Assembly (NCBI GenBank): GCA_951406725.2
Contig: OX597822.1
Location: forward strand, 38,812,001-38,876,000
Reading direction: 5' to 3'
Length of the DNA stretch: 64,000 nt
Source: Octopus vulgaris
Taxonomy: Eukaryota
Shown: piece after piece, positions 1 through 14,074 of the stretch
Numbering within the stretch: the stretch's first letter is position 1
Layout: each line of letters opens with the position of its first letter
Program-made: the position numbers and the translations under genes
The notes under the pieces: generated by a model
What the model was told of the DNA's origin: nothing
The model's input: only the letters and a program-made list of their open reading frames with translations
Database searches by the model: none

Positions 1-473
1 GAATAGTTGTAGAGAGTAGCATCAGCTTTTCATTTTACACACACGGTAAACAGCACCATGGCCATGTGTTAGAAAAAGTTCACTTAACATCTAGATGGCT
101 CCTGTTTCAATATCACGGCACTGGTACCCTGGCCAAATGTCTCCAACTATAACCCCAGGTTGTGAGTCACCACCAGGGAGTTTACAATCCTCTTTCATTC
201 ATCGCAACTTTCATAATTAACTACATTGCAGTGGCTACGTGATCATCTCTGGATGTCAATGGCACGTGAATCCCTAGGTGGACTTTGAACTCAATGCAAA
301 AAGCCAGTAAAATATCACAAAGGTACTTCCCTAAGGCTCCTTCTTTATGTTCATTATTTATTGACCTCAGAAGGATGAAAGGCAAAAACTAAAACCTTGG
401 TGAGATTTGAACCCAGAAAACTAAAACAAATACAGCAAGCCAGTCTATCCAATGCACTGATAACTGGCCTAAT

Positions 474-690
474 CATCATCATCATTTAACATCCGCTTTC
501 CATGCGAGCATGGGTTGGACGGTTCAACTGGGGTCTGGGAAGTCCAAAGGCTGCACCAGGCCAGTCAGATCTGGCAGTGTTTCTACAGCTGGATACCCTT
601 CCTAACACCAACCACTCCGTGAGTGTAGTGGGTACTTTTTATGTGCCACCGACACAGGTGCCAGACGAGGCTGGCGAACAGCCACGCCAA
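474..690 (-). mobile_element. SINE family A (RTE-like 3' end, (GAT)n tail), partial
   Basis: Shares catcatttaacgtccgttttccatgctagcatgggttgg...ctacagctggatgcccttcctaacgccaaccactc with more than 10 other copies (about 11132, 12388, 26080, 34895, 43143, 44698, 51270, 52080, 60455, 60930). Confidence 0.85.
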
Positions 691-1157
691 AATTAGGGTT
701 AGGGTTAAGATTGTCAAAATATCAAGAATGGAATTTAAGAAATGGAGAATTGTGACATGAGAATGCTTACTGACTAAAAAAAAAAACTGGTGCTTTTAAT
801 TTTTATGTCTTATTTTTATGTAAGCTAGCAGGTCAGCAAACAGACATTGATAAAATACATAGAAGGAGGGAAAATATGTTTCGCAGTTGATGTGATTGAT
901 TAAACAGTTGAAGGCAGTGATCCAGTATGGCAAAAGTCCGATGACGGGAATCAAAAAAGTACAAGTGTGTGTGTGTGTGTGTGTGTGTGCATGTGTAGAT
1001 GTTTGTTACTGCTGTTGCTTTTTCATTCTCAGTGTTGTATGTATGTATGTATTATTCATGTTGGTGCTGTTTGTCATCCTTGATTTGATATGTAGCTGCT
1101 GCTTATTGTTGTGTGAGTGTGTACATATACATACATACATGTGTGTGTGTGTGTGTG

Positions 1158-1217
<60 letters not shown>

Positions 1218-1293
1218 TGTGTGCGTGTATATATATACATGTATACACACACATATACAACATATATATATACACAAAAAACACATATACACT

Positions 1294-1330
<37 letters not shown>

Positions 1331-1712
1331 TGCCGAAGCAGTTTGTCATTGTTATGTATAGTGAAAAATCACAAAGAACTGAGTAACTCTGGTGTAAAAA
1401 AAAAAAAAAAAAAACAGAAGTGAGAAAGTGAGGAGAGAGAGGTGGGCGACTAACTAACAGGCCAAAACTACCAGTATGATCATCACCACCACCACCACCA
1501 CCACAACAACCATCATCATCATCATCATCATCACCATAACATCCCCACCACAGCCACCACTACCGGCAGCAGTGGTGGCAGGTACAAGGATGGTATGTTT
1601 GGATGAAGGAAGTGGAAGATGGAGGAGAGACTGAGTCATAAGTGTGAAGTGGAAGCAAGGGACTACACAAGCACTGCGGCTCTCTTAAACACACAAAATG
1701 TACGTATGTGCG

Positions 1713-1762
<50 letters not shown>

Positions 1763-2794
1763 AGGCTTGCTTACTTTATCACCCACCACTCACAGCTACA
1801 TCTACATCACCAAACTATTCTTCCCATTCATCAATATATATATAACTGCAGCAACAGCAACGGCAGCAGCAACAACAACGACAACGACAACAGAAGTAAC
1901 ATCTTCAACAAACAACAACAACAAACAAGAACAGTTAGTGTTGTTATTGTAGATGTTGCTATTGCAGTTAATGTTGTTCTTGCTCATGTCATTGGAATGA
2001 TGTCAGCTGTAGTTCCTTCCCCAACACACACACACACACACACACTCTTTCACACATGCACACACACACTCTCTCTCTCTAACACATACACACACTCTCT
2101 CTCTCTCTCTCTCTCACACACACATACACACACACACAGATTCTATTGGGGGTGGGGCTCAACTTTGCTTTTCGTCCATCTGGTGATCAATAGAATACCA
2201 GTCATATCTTGAGGGCCATTTCCTCAACTGTCTTATTCAATAATCTAACAATCCTACTGATCCAAAGCCCAAAACTGGAACTCCATCAACCACAAAAAAA
2301 AACAAAAAAACAAAATTAAAATGAACATTAAAGTTGACTTTGATAAGATTTGAACTCAGTACCTAGCTATGTGTGTGTGTGATGGGAGGCATGCACATAT
2401 AGATGCGTGTCTGTATGCATACATGCAAAAGAGACTGCATCATTCTACCCTCATCCTTTCATTAGGCCAATGTATATGAGACTGTACTGGACCATCCTTA
2501 TGCCTCTATAAATTCCTTGTTGGAGCATCCCTTTCTCACTCTCTACCCCTACCAGCTACCACACTCTCCACCCTCTTGGAGTCAGTTCCATTGCTACCCA
2601 TCACCAAATATTTATCTTATTCCATCATTCACTCTTATCTTTGTCCAGCTCTGATGCTGCCAATCACTCCCTACTCCACCCCAAATAACCTTGCTGCTTA
2701 CATCATACTATTGTTCTTTTGTTCAATCCAGCCATCAATGTTCTGATGTCATCTCCCTCCCTCCCTCTCCCTCTTTCTCTCTCTCTCTTTCTCC

Positions 2795-2830
<36 letters not shown>

Positions 2831-3165
2831 ATTCCAACCCATCCTTTGTCACCTGGGGAAATATACACACCCTAGGTTTTTGAATAATCTTGGCACATAC
2901 TTCCTTCCTCCACTCTTTTCTTCCCTCCTCACTGGCATTATTCTCTGCCCCACCTGGTTTCCCTAGTCAACATGGTCTAGCTCTGAGTACACTCTGAACT
3001 CTCTTGTATACAAAGTATTCCCCCCATACACACACACACAACCACTACCAATGTATTGGCGCTACAACAAACAGGGGACAACTCATGCTCCCTCAAAGTG
3101 ACAGGTGAACAAGACAATCTTTCTAGTAATGGTACTACAAAATGATCTCAGTACACCCTACAAGG

Positions 3166-3430
3166 CACTGGTTCTTCACCATTTTGATTCCCATTTCAAT
3201 TTACTGAACTCCTATAGCCATTTGATGTTTAAAAAATCTTATTATAATTAAGATTTTAATATATAATTATAATTATAATTAAATGTTACAAGGAATCGTA
3301 TAAAAATAGCTGTTAAAATATTTTGTGTATCATAGAAGTATAACCAAATTTATTGTACATAAATTTTAACAACAAAATCTTATGTAGACCCTGCCCAAAA
3401 GCCAGTGTGGACCTTGGTTGAGAACCGCTG
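3166..3430. mobile_element. hAT (Charlie-like) MITE
   Basis: TIRs cactggttcttcacc / ggttgagaaccgctg (CAGTGGTTCTCAACC type); degenerate 8-bp TSD ctacaagg / ctataaag. Confidence 0.7.
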
Positions 3431-3817
3431 CTATAAAGTATGAACTTGTTACCAATTCAAATATGCTTGAGATACATTTTAATCCCGTAAGAAAGCCCCA
3501 CTGCATTTTGTCATGGAGATAAATTCTCACTGTAGACAAAAAAGTATAAACACACCTTGTCAGTCTGGGACATCGTCTACCCAGATCAGTGGCTGCAAGC
3601 GTTTGGGTTTAGTTATTGCCTCTTCAGCATCAAACACTGAAAAGAGAGGTGCTCTGAACTGAGCACGAGAGATCAGGTCTCTCTTATTATATTCTAGTCC
3701 AAGTACTGTGACTGGTTGTGTTAATCAGCAGCCCAGCTGTATCAAAATATGGATTAGAAGTGCTAAGCAGTGATGTAAATAAATATAAACTTGTTGCCAG
3801 TTCACATATGCTGGAGA

Positions 3818-4310
3818 CAGGTGCAGGCATGGTTGCGTGGTAAGAAGCCTGCTTCCCAATCCCATGGTTCCGGGTTCAGCCCCACTGCATGGCACCTGGG
3901 GCAAATGTCTTCTACTATAGCCTTGGGTTGACCAAAGCATCGTTAGTGGATTTGGTAGATGGAAACTGAAAGGAGCCTGTTGTGTATATATATGTACATG
4001 TTTATGTATGTGTGTCTTTGTGTCTGTGTTTATGTCCCCATAACTTAGCAGTTCGGCAAAAGAGACAGATGGAAAGAAATCCATCATATGTGTGTGTGTG
4101 TGTCTGTGTCTGTGTTTGTGCCCCCCACCATCACAATGCTGGTGTGTTTATGTCCCTGTAGCTTAGCGGTTCAGCAAAAGAGAATAAGTAACAGGCTTAC
4201 AAAGAATAAGTCCGGGGGTCGATTTCTTCAACTAAAAAAAAAAAACCCTTTAAGATGGTGCTCCAACATGGCCACAATCAAATTACTAAAGCACGTAAAA
4301 GAATATCAGA
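3818..4310 (+). mobile_element. SINE family B (tRNA-derived head, internal microsatellite)
   Basis: A/B-box-like head (tggttgcgtggtaag...gggttcagccc), gggcaaatgtcttctactatagcc, and the family 3' part cttacaaagaataagtcc...ctccaacatggccac. Confidence 0.8.
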
Positions 4311-4412
4311 ATAAACCCATAAGGAAGCTAGTCATTGCATTTTGTCATGGAGAAAAATTCTCACTGTAGACAAAACAGTTTAAAGACACCAAGTGTCTCT
4401 ACCCTATAAAAT

Positions 4413-4470
4413 GTGCCCTCTACCTGGGTGCCCTCTACTTGGGTGCCCTCTACCTGGGTGCCCTCTACCC
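4413..4470 (+). repeat. 15-bp tandem repeat (gtgccctctacctgg), about 4 copies
   Basis: Directly visible tandem copies. Confidence 0.85.
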
Positions 4471-5010
4471 TAAAAAATGTGAGGCAAGTTTGAGTAGAGA
4501 ATGCACAGAGTTCTGAGGTCTGATGTGGGTGGTGCAGAAAAAGTACCTAGTGCCCTCTGCGAAGAGGTTGGCAGTAGGAGAAGGTGTCCAGTCGTAGAAA
4601 CCAAGCCAAATAACACCACATATGAAGGAGGGGCAGCTCTTGGCAGGGGATGAATCAAAGCATGATGACTTGTCCAACCCAAGCCAGTAGACATAAAAAT
4701 GATGATGATGATGATATACACACACAATATATATCTTCCATCTTTTTATTATTTCAGATATTAGACTTCGGCCATGCTGGGGCACTTGCCTTGAAGGGTT
4801 TTAGTTGAATGAACCAACTCTAGAACTTATTCTATCAGTCTCTTTGGCAGAACCACTAAGTTACAAGGATGCAAACAAACCAGCATTGGTTGTCAAGCAG
4901 TGATGAGGACACACATACATACACACATGCATGCATACAAACATACATACATACATACATACATACACACACACACATACATGCATGCATACATACATAC
5001 ACACACACAC

Positions 5011-5052
<42 letters not shown>

Positions 5053-5515
5053 ACACACATACATACACACATACATACATACACAATGGGCTTCTTTCAG
5101 TTCCCATCTACCAAACCCACTCACAAGTCTTTGGCTGGCCCAAGGCTATAACAGAAGATAAGGCCCAAGGTACTATGTGGTGGGAATGATCCTAGAACCC
5201 TGTAGTTGGGAAACAAACCTCTTCCCACACACACACATGCAGACATAACGACACTATAAAACCTGGCAGCTGTTTTCCAAGTTTATTTAATTCAGTTGTT
5301 TAGTCACACAGCTAAGAGTATCATGTTGTATGTGTTAATTCTATGGTAGTCTAGACTACTCCTGGCTCTAAGTATGGAAACCCACAGGCATGCACATTAA
5401 GTAACAGTGGCAACATTACATTCTTCCCTACTAGAAGAGAAAAATTTTATCAGCATCAAACAATTTAATGGGATTACTCCCACCCATTTTGAATGGGAAG
5501 TTTTTGGTACACAAC

Positions 5516-5790
5516 TGCAATAGAGCAATTTAAGATTGGCTATACATGGGAAATTCTATAAGCTGGTGACCTAGTTCTCATAGCAGAATTTGTCAAAGAA
5601 TTAGAGAAGAAATTAAAAATGTGGAAGCAGAGCCTAGAATCAAGAAACCTTAGAATAAATCTAACACAGACAAAAGATTTAATTAGCTGGAAAGAAGACA
5701 GGACTACCATTTGGAAAATGGCTATGATTGATATGTGGAATTCTGTACAGGGGACCCTGTGAAAGGCATAAAAGATGAAGTGGATCACAA
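5516..5790 (+). pseudogene. RTE-clade LINE reverse transcriptase fragment
   Basis: Translates EQFKIGYTWEIL*AGDLVLIAEFVKELEKKLKMWKQSLESRNLRINLTQTK, a decayed PWELLYADDLVL...WK..LE..GLRVN..KTK RT motif. Confidence 0.8.
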
Positions 5791-6884
5791 GCAGGTTGAC
5801 AGAGAAAGACCATCAATATAACAGGTGCATGAAAGTAGTTAGCAATGAGGAAATCTGTATATCTTCCTTTTTTATTTGTTTTGGTCATTGAACTGTGACC
5901 ATGCTGGGGCACTGTCATGTAGGGTTTATTTGAACAAATCAACCCTGGTACTTAATTGTTTTTCAAGTCTTGTACTTATTCTATTGGTCTCACTTGCTAA
6001 ACCACAAAATTATGGGGATGTAAACAAACCAATACCAGTTGTCAAATGGTAGTGGTGGTGGTGGTGGTGGGGACAAACACAAAGACAGTCATCCCCACAG
6101 ATATATACATAGAAAAGGCAAAAATAATGGTTTTTACACATTTATTTATTTGTGCATCTCAGACTTACAGCTGTTTCTGATACACCTTTTAGGTGCGTTC
6201 ATAGTTCTATTTACTCAATTGTTCAACTGATCGATTGTAAAAAGTGAATGACCTTTACAAAAACTATCACCTTCAGAGTCTACAGAGTAAGATCTGTATA
6301 AACATACATAAATATGATGGGCTTCTTTTAGTTTCCATCTACAAATCTACTCAGAAGGATTTGGCTTGGCCTGGGACTATAGTAGAAGACATTTGCCCAA
6401 AGTACCTTACAGAGGTACTGAACTCAGAACCATGTGGTTGAGAAGCAAACTTTTTACCACATAGTCACGCCTGTGGTATCTATAAGACAAACTCCTTCAA
6501 ATGCTTTGTTACTTCCCATGAAGTAGCTGACAGTTTTTATTATTTGTTAACCTAATTAACAGTAGCCAGGATAGACAATGGTAAAAATTTGCAGGGAGCA
6601 ATTTACCCTTGCTGACGACAAAGGACTTTTCAATGAGAATAGAGGGCAGATTATATGACATCATCATCATCATTGTTTAGCCTCCACCTTTCTATGGGTC
6701 AGATGGAATCTGTTGAGGCAGATTTTCTAGATGAATGCCCGCCCTGTCACTAACCCTCACCTTCTTCCAAATAAGGCCATGTTCCCCATGACTAGACATG
6801 CTTTCAAGGAAGATCGGAAATGAAAGACACCACTTGCATGACTGAGACTCATTTACAGCTACCATGCAATGTCAAGGCAAAGAG

Positions 6885-6927
<43 letters not shown>

Positions 6928-7339
6928 CAACGTCCTTCCTTCTTCCTACCGCGGTAGCAATGTATCTCCTTAACAAGATGCCTGTTTCTGTCACTCTATT
7001 AATACTCAAATTTCTTGTCTCCGGTAGAAAGCCATCTCCTTCTCTACTTCTTCTCCTCTAGGTTGAGGGGTTTTGTCTTGTAAATTATTTGGTGACCTCA
7101 CAGGTGCTGGTGCTATATAAAAAAGCACCCAATACATTCAGAAAAATGGTTGGCATTAGGAAGGGCACCCAGCCACAGAAACCATGTCAAAGCAGAGAAG
7201 TAAAATTTGGCGCAGTCATGCCAGCACGGAAAGCAGATGTCAAATGATAATGTGTGTGTGTGTGTGTGTCTCTTAACAGAAGCAATTGAGTGATGACACA
7301 AGGGCTGAGAGTTTCATGTGTTAGTACTCATCAGAATAT

Positions 7340-7375
<36 letters not shown>

Positions 7376-7457
7376 CTCATATTTAGCTGTTTTTCTTGTT
7401 TGCATCACGAGACTTCCGTGTGTGTGTGAGCATATATATATACATATATATATATAC

Positions 7458-7503
<46 letters not shown>

Positions 7504-8413
7504 TTGTTAGTCTGTGTTTGTCTTCCCACCATCGCTTGACAACCAATGTTGGTGTGTTTATGTCCCTGTAACTTAGCAGTACGGCAAAAGAGACCAATAG
7601 AATAAGTACTAGGCTTACAAAGAATAAGTCCTGAGGTTGATTTGTTATATTTGATTTTATTGAAAATACTATATATTGGGCACAATGTTGATTATCAAAA
7701 AAAAATCAAACAATAAAAAAAAAGAAGAAAAATGGAAACCTTAATAATTCTGGAGCAAAATATGAGGAGAGAAATTGTAGGAGTGTATTATTTCACTATA
7801 ATGGAGATATAAAACCTAACAGTGAATATAATTGACATTGAAGACTTTGAATATTTGTAGTAGAGTAAAGCTGAAAAGGCACAATAAACCAATCTACCTC
7901 AGTACAGCATATACTGCTTGTGTGTGTGATATGTATAGTGGTAATGATATGCCTCCTCCTCCTCCCATTCTATCAGCTGGTGGTGGTGGTGGTGGTGGGA
8001 GTGAGTGGAAGCTGAATGGATTATGGTGGGGAGGGGTAGCGACTTACAAACAACACATTAAAGGCCAATAGAGAGGACTGGTAGGTGTTGGTATATAGTG
8101 TTGTGGTGTGATGTAAAGGTTGTAGTGTGTAGTGTTAAGGTGTTGGTCGTAGTCTGGGATTGCATAGCTGTGCGGTTAAGAAATTTGCTTCCCAACGACA
8201 TGGTTTGGGTTCTGTCCCATTGTGGGCAAGTGTCTTCTACTATAGCCACGGGTCGACCAAACTCTTGTGTGACTTTAGTACATGGAAGCTGAAAGAAGCC
8301 CATCATATGTGAGTGTGTGTGTGTGTGTGTGTGTGAGAGTGTAAGTCTATGTGTGTGAAAATTTGTGCATGTGAACGTGTGTGTAAAGCAGTTTTATATT
8401 TAAGAGATGAGGA

Positions 8414-8841
8414 ATTATGTACATTATTTACATTTGACGGATATTTGTCCTCATCTTGTTTGTTGTTAATACGTTTCGGCTGATATACACTCCAGCCTTC
8501 ATCAGGTATCTTGGGGAAATTTCGAAACCGGAGTCTCATTCCTAAGGTATTTTTCGATGTTGTTATTATTATTATTCAGGTCACTGCCTGCAATTGAACT
8601 CGAATCTTGGGGTTAGTAGCCCGCGCTCTTAACCCCAACATTCCAAGTTCAATTACAAGCAGTGACCTGAATAATAATAATAAAAATAATAATAACAACA
8701 TCGAAAAATACCTTAGGAATGAGAATTCGGGTTCGAAATTTCACCTGAGATGAAGGCTGGAGGGTATATCAGCCGAAATGTTGTGTTAACAACAAACAAG
8801 ATGAGGACAAATATCCGTCAATTGTAAATAATGTAAATAAT
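8414..8841. mobile_element. Head-to-head inverted pair of tRNA-headed, hammerhead-containing retroelements (fold-back)
   Basis: 8414-8615 is the reverse complement of 8630-8841 around a 14-nt loop. The left arm (minus) has CTGATGA-A-GGCTG...CAGCC-GAAAC; the right arm has a damaged core. Confidence 0.8.
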
Positions 8842-9133
8842 GTATGTGTGTAAATTTGTGTGCGTAAGTATGTGCGTGTGTTTGTGTGTATGTGTGTGTG
8901 TATGTATGTGTGTGTGTGTGTGTGTATGTGTGTGTGTGTGTATGTGTGTGAATGTGAATCTGTGTATGGTTGTGTCTCCATGTCTAGACATTGCTCAATT
9001 ATTGTAAATGAATTTCATTCATTTCCAACATTCTATGAGAACACGTCTGGTGGTGGGAAAATATTACCTTGCTTGGAAACAGATAAGGGTTTGTGACAGG
9101 AAGGACAGCCAATGTCACCGATTGACCAACTGA

Positions 9134-9187
<54 letters not shown>

Positions 9188-9194
9188 TATATTT

Positions 9195-9339
9195 CTTTAC
9201 TATCCACATGGGGCTAAACACAGAGGGGACAAACAAGGACAGACAAACGGATTAAGTCGATTACATCAACCCCAGTGCGTAACTGGTACTTAATTTATCG
9301 ACCCCGAAAGGATGAAAGGCAAAGTCGACCTTGGCGGAA
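9195..9339 (-). mobile_element. SINE family C (Meta-domain-like)
   Basis: Reverse complement of gactttgcctttcatcctttcggggtcgataaattaagtaccag. Other copies at about 12818, 14075, 14335, 18758, 18890, 19315, 23417, 30360, 31970, 37890, 40920. Confidence 0.8.
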
Positions 9340-9760
9340 GGCGCAGGAGTGGCTGTATGGTAAGTAGCTTGCTTACCAACCACATGGTCCCGGATTCAGT
9401 CCCACTGCGTGGCACCTTGGACAAGTGTGTTCTACAATAGCATCGAGTCGACCAAAGCCTTGTGAGTAGATTTGGTAGACAGAAACTGGAAGAAGCCTGC
9501 CGTATATGTATATTTATATATAAATATATATATGTATATGTATGTGTGTGTATATGTTTGTGTGTGTATGTTTGTCCCCCCCAACATCGCTTGACGACCG
9601 ATGTTGGTATGTTTACATCCCCGTAACTTAGCGGTTCAGTAAAAGAGACCGATACAATAAGTACTAGGCTTACAAAGAATAGGTCCTGGGGTTGATTTGT
9701 TCGACTAAAGGTGATGCTCCAGCATAGCCGCAGTCAAATGACTGAAACAATTAAAGAATA
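9340..9760 (+). mobile_element. SINE family B, full length
   Basis: ggcgcaggagtggctgtatggtaagtagc...ggattcagtccc head, central (TA/TG)n, tail gtcaaatgactgaaac. Other copies at about 4745, 33820, 35130, 41757, 49300, 50835, 55848, 57180, 58918, 59865. Confidence 0.85.
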
Positions 9761-9874
9761 TATACACCCACTTACACACCTGAATATCGTCCAAGAAATT
9801 CTATATGACATCAAACAGCAATAGTCTCACATACACTAGCAGCAGTGATTATATAAGATATAGTATGTGCGTGA

Positions 9875-9947
<73 letters not shown>

Positions 9948-10279
9948 TATGTGTGTGTAGGAGGAGACTGGCTATAGTGATAGCTAGAGAAGAGGACAAC
10001 AGTGAAAAGAAGAGTGGGAGGTAGTAGAGGCAGTTGTTCTTGTTGTAGCCCTCAGGTCAGCCTTGATAAAGTAGTTCCATGATATGGAGTGGTGGTCAGC
10101 TGAATGAGGAGGCATGATCTTTGTGCGATAGTGGTAGCGATGTCTGGTGCAAAGGAGAAATGGCACGCGTAGGTGGTATTGATGTATGCGATAGCGCAGC
10201 ATGGTTGTGACTGCATGGTGCAGTTGTGACAGCGTGGTTGTGGTTGACAGCACAGAATGGTTGTGAGTGTGGCATGGTT

Positions 10280-10328
10280 GTACAGCAGCAGCAGCAGTAG
10301 TAGTGATGGTGGTGGTAATAGTGGTGGC

Positions 10329-10398
<70 letters not shown>

Positions 10399-11060
10399 AT
10401 GGTGGTAGTAATAGTTGTGGTAGCAGTGGTGGTAGTGGTGGTGGTGGTAGTATTAGTAGTCACAGAAGTAGCAGCAGAAGCAACAGTAGTAGTAGTCGTA
10501 GTAGTAGTAGTAGTAGTAGTAGTAGTGTGCATGTGTAAAGTAGTTTGGTGTTTGAGAGTGGTATATATGTATAGTGGTGTATGTAGTAGTAGTAGGGTGG
10601 TGGTGGTGGTGGTGGCAGTGATGTGTAAAGTAGTTCAGAGTCAGAGGAGAACTACTGGGAGACATTCTACTGATGGGTTCCCAGCTGTAGAGTGTGGTAG
10701 TGGTGGTGGTGGTGGTGATGGTAGTAGCAATGGTGGTAGTTGTACAACAGTCACAGTAGTGGTAGGGCTACTAGTGTCGGTAGCAGCAGTCGTGGTAGTT
10801 GGGTGGTGTACAGCAGTTTTAGTAACTTTACAGATGAGATGTAGTGGATGTGGCAGTGACAGTACGAGTAGTAGTAGTAGTAGTAGTAGTAAGGGTTACG
10901 GTTGTACTAGTAGTGGTTGAAGCAGTAGTACTACTGGTAGTGGTGGCAGTACTAGTAGTAGTATTGGTAGTGGTAATACTAGTAGCTGTATATAGTTATA
11001 GTAGTACTAGTAGTGGCATGTGGTAGTAGAGGTAGTAGTACTAGAAGAGGTGTGTAGTGA
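10280..11060. repeat. Degenerate (GTA/GTG)n trinucleotide low-complexity tract
   Basis: Visible triplet runs that produce the poly-V/S/T ORFs. Confidence 0.9.
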
Positions 11061-11131
11061 TATTTGTTGTGGAAGTGGTAGTGAATGTAATTGTGAATAA
11101 CAATTGTTGGTATAACTAGTGCTATTGGTAT

Positions 11132-11460
11132 CATCATCATCATCATCATCATCATTTAACGTCCGTTTTCCATGCTAGCATGGGTTGGACAGTTCGACCA
11201 GGGTCTGGGAAGCCAGGAGGCTGCACCAGGTTGCAGTCTGCTCTGGCAGTGTTTCTACAGCTGGATGCCCATCCTAACGCCAACAACTCCATGAGTGTAG
11301 TGGGTGCTTTTTACATGCCACCAGCACAGGGGCCAGAGGAGGCTGGCAAACGGCCACAATCGGTTGGTGCTTTTACATGTCACTGACACGGACGCCAGTC
11401 AGGCAGCACTGGCATCTGCCACGTTCGGACAGTGCTTTTTACATGTCACTGGCACGGGTA
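11132..11460 (-). mobile_element. SINE family A
   Basis: (CAT)n followed by the family consensus, with internal tandem gtgctttttacatg.cac units. Confidence 0.85.
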
Positions 11461-11687
11461 TCTTAACTGCAATTTCCATACAGTTACTACATTGCAACAC
11501 TATATTACACAAATACAACACATTGCGTCACAACACAACATATACACACCCATACAACTTAGATCAGATACACATGCATTGCATTTCATTACATCATATA
11601 CACACAAAATATATCAGCTGTCACAACACATGGCAAACTTATTATCCCACCACAAAATATATCATATCACATCATATCACTATATAA

Positions 11688-12045
11688 TGAGGGTTCCAGT
11701 TGATCCGATCAACAGAACAGCCTGCTTGTGAAATTAACGTGCAAGTGGCTGAGCACTCCACAGACATGTGTACCCTTATCGTAGTTCTTGAGGGGATTCA
11801 GTGTGACACAGAGTGTGACAAGGCTGGCCCTTTGAACTATGGGCACAACAGAAACAGGAAGTAAGAGTGAGAGAAAGTAATGGTGAAAGAGTAGAGCAGT
11901 GTTTGCCAACACCCCCTGCCAGAGCCTCATGGAGCTTTAAGTGTTTTCGCTCAATAAACACTCACGACACCCGGTCTGGGAATTGAAACTGCAATCCTAT
12001 GACTGCGAGTCCACTGCCCTAACCTCTGGGCCATTGTGCCTCCAC
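11688..12045 (-). mobile_element. SINE family D (tRNA-derived head)
   Basis: Minus strand begins ggaggcacaatggcccagaggttagggcagtggactcgcagtc...gtttcaattccc (A and B boxes). Its 3' end is repeated at 46099-46177. Confidence 0.75.
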
Positions 12046-12087
12046 ACACTACACAATACATTCATTATATCACACATGTGTGCACAT

Positions 12088-12119
<32 letters not shown>

Positions 12120-13338
12120 GCATGCATGCACACAAGTCAATACAGGAAGCCGTACACGGTCACTGGCTTTGATAAAGACAACAGTCACATTTAAAGTAAA
12201 AAGCTCACTGCCTTCTATCAGTAGAGCAATATGTTCAGTGGAGGTTCTATATGAGCAAAAAATAGAGATCTATTGATGGTGAGAATAAGGACATTCTTGA
12301 GGTAACTTTAGACATTGATGATGATGAACGAGCCAGCCTGTTTCAGAGGGCTTTTGGATCAGTGATTACTATAGGTCGTCAGCAGCGGCATCGTTTAACG
12401 TCCGTTTTCCATGCTAGCATGGGTTGGATGATTTGACTGAGGACTGGCGAACCAGATGGCTGCACCAGGCTCAAATCTGATCTGGCAGAGTTTCTAAAGC
12501 TGGATGCCCTTCATAACGCCAACCACTCCGAGAGTGTAGTGGGTGCTTTTACGTGCCACCAGCACAAGGACCAGTCGTGCAGCACTGGCAATGATCTTGC
12601 TTGAATGAATCCAGCTCTAAGCCAAATCCATTGTGAGAAATGCCTGACCACCTTCCCTTAACAAAGCAGGGCAAGTGGTATTCTTCTGTGTAGTGTCTAT
12701 GGGGAAAGAGGTCATGCAGTAGACAAGGCTGAGAGGATTGGGGAAAGCCATCTTCCTCTGGGGGTCAACAGTATCAGCTAATTGCTGGCATTGTGCACAA
12801 ATCAGAAACCAGTTTATAGTGGTGAGCTGGCAGAACCATTAGCATGTTGGACAAAATGCTTAATGGTAGTTTTTCCAGCTCTTTATATTCCAAGTTCAAA
12901 TACCATTGAGATCAACTTTGCTATTCATACCTTTTGGGTCATTAAAATAAAGTACCAGTCAAGTACTGAGGTTGATGTAATCAACTTCCCCTTCCCCCAG
13001 GAATTCCTGGCCTTGTACCAAAATTTGAAGTCAAAGACAGCAAGCTGACAGAATTGTAAGCATACTGCGCAAAATGCTTATTGGCATTTTGTTCATCTTT
13101 AAGTTCTGAGTTCAAATTCCACCGAGGTCAACTTTGTATTTTATCCTTTTGAGGGTTGACAAAATAAGTACCAGTTGTGTACTGGGGCCAATGTAATCAA
13201 CTTACCCCTTCTCCTGAACTTTCTCCCCTTGTGACAACATTTGAAACCAATATTTATATATAACGTTGACACAACAGTCAACATTCTATAAACCCTCTCT
13301 TAACATTTTGGAAATACCACAACCACACCACCACCACC

Positions 13339-13369
<31 letters not shown>

Positions 13370-13399
13370 TTATAAATATAAATGCCACCTCTCTCTCTT

Positions 13400-13607
13400 T
13401 ACTCTCTTTTACTTTTTCACTTGTTTCAGTCATTTGACTGTGGCCATGCTGGAGCACCGCCTTTAGTTGAGCAAATCAACCCCAGGACTTATTCTTTGTA
13501 AGCCTAGTACTTATTCTATCGGTCTCTTTTGCCGAATCGCTAAGTTACGGGAACGTAAATACACCAGGATCAGTTGTCAAGCGATGTTGGGGGACAAACA
13601 CACAAAC

Positions 13608-13644
<37 letters not shown>

Positions 13645-13890
13645 ACGGGAAGCTTTATGAAAATAGACAAAAGACGAAGGCAGGTGGAAAACACATACAT
13701 ATATATACATACATATATATACATATATACGACGGGCTTCTTTTCAGTTTTCATCTATCAAATCCACTCACAAGGCATTGGTCAGCCCGAGGCTATAGTA
13801 GAAGACACTTGCCCAAGGTACCACGCAGTGGGACTGAACCTGGAACCATGTGGTTAGTAAGCAAGCTACTTACCACACAGCCACTCCTAC
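13400..13890 (-). mobile_element. SINE family B, full length, with a Penelope-like fragment inside its microsatellite
   Basis: Reverse complement of the family B consensus. The insert ataacgggaagctttatgaaaatagacaaaagacgaaggcaggt also occurs at about 17247. Confidence 0.85.
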
Positions 13891-14074
13891 GCCATCAACA
13901 TTATATAAATTTGTACCTTTTCTAAAAACCACTGAATATTTTTGCTACATCTTTTTTTTTTAATATTTATAGACACTTCTTAAGCAAACCCACTCTGTAT
14001 TGTCCTGCACTGTCCTTGACCTTTTTGTCAACACTTGTGGTTAATAAAGAAAGCGTTATTATCGTCATTATTAA

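Noticed and set aside
9340-9420. tRNA-like sequences (here and at about 11970, 24820, 32925, 56878)
   Set aside because: They are SINE heads with A/B boxes attached to repeat bodies, lacking a complete cloverleaf; not tRNA genes.
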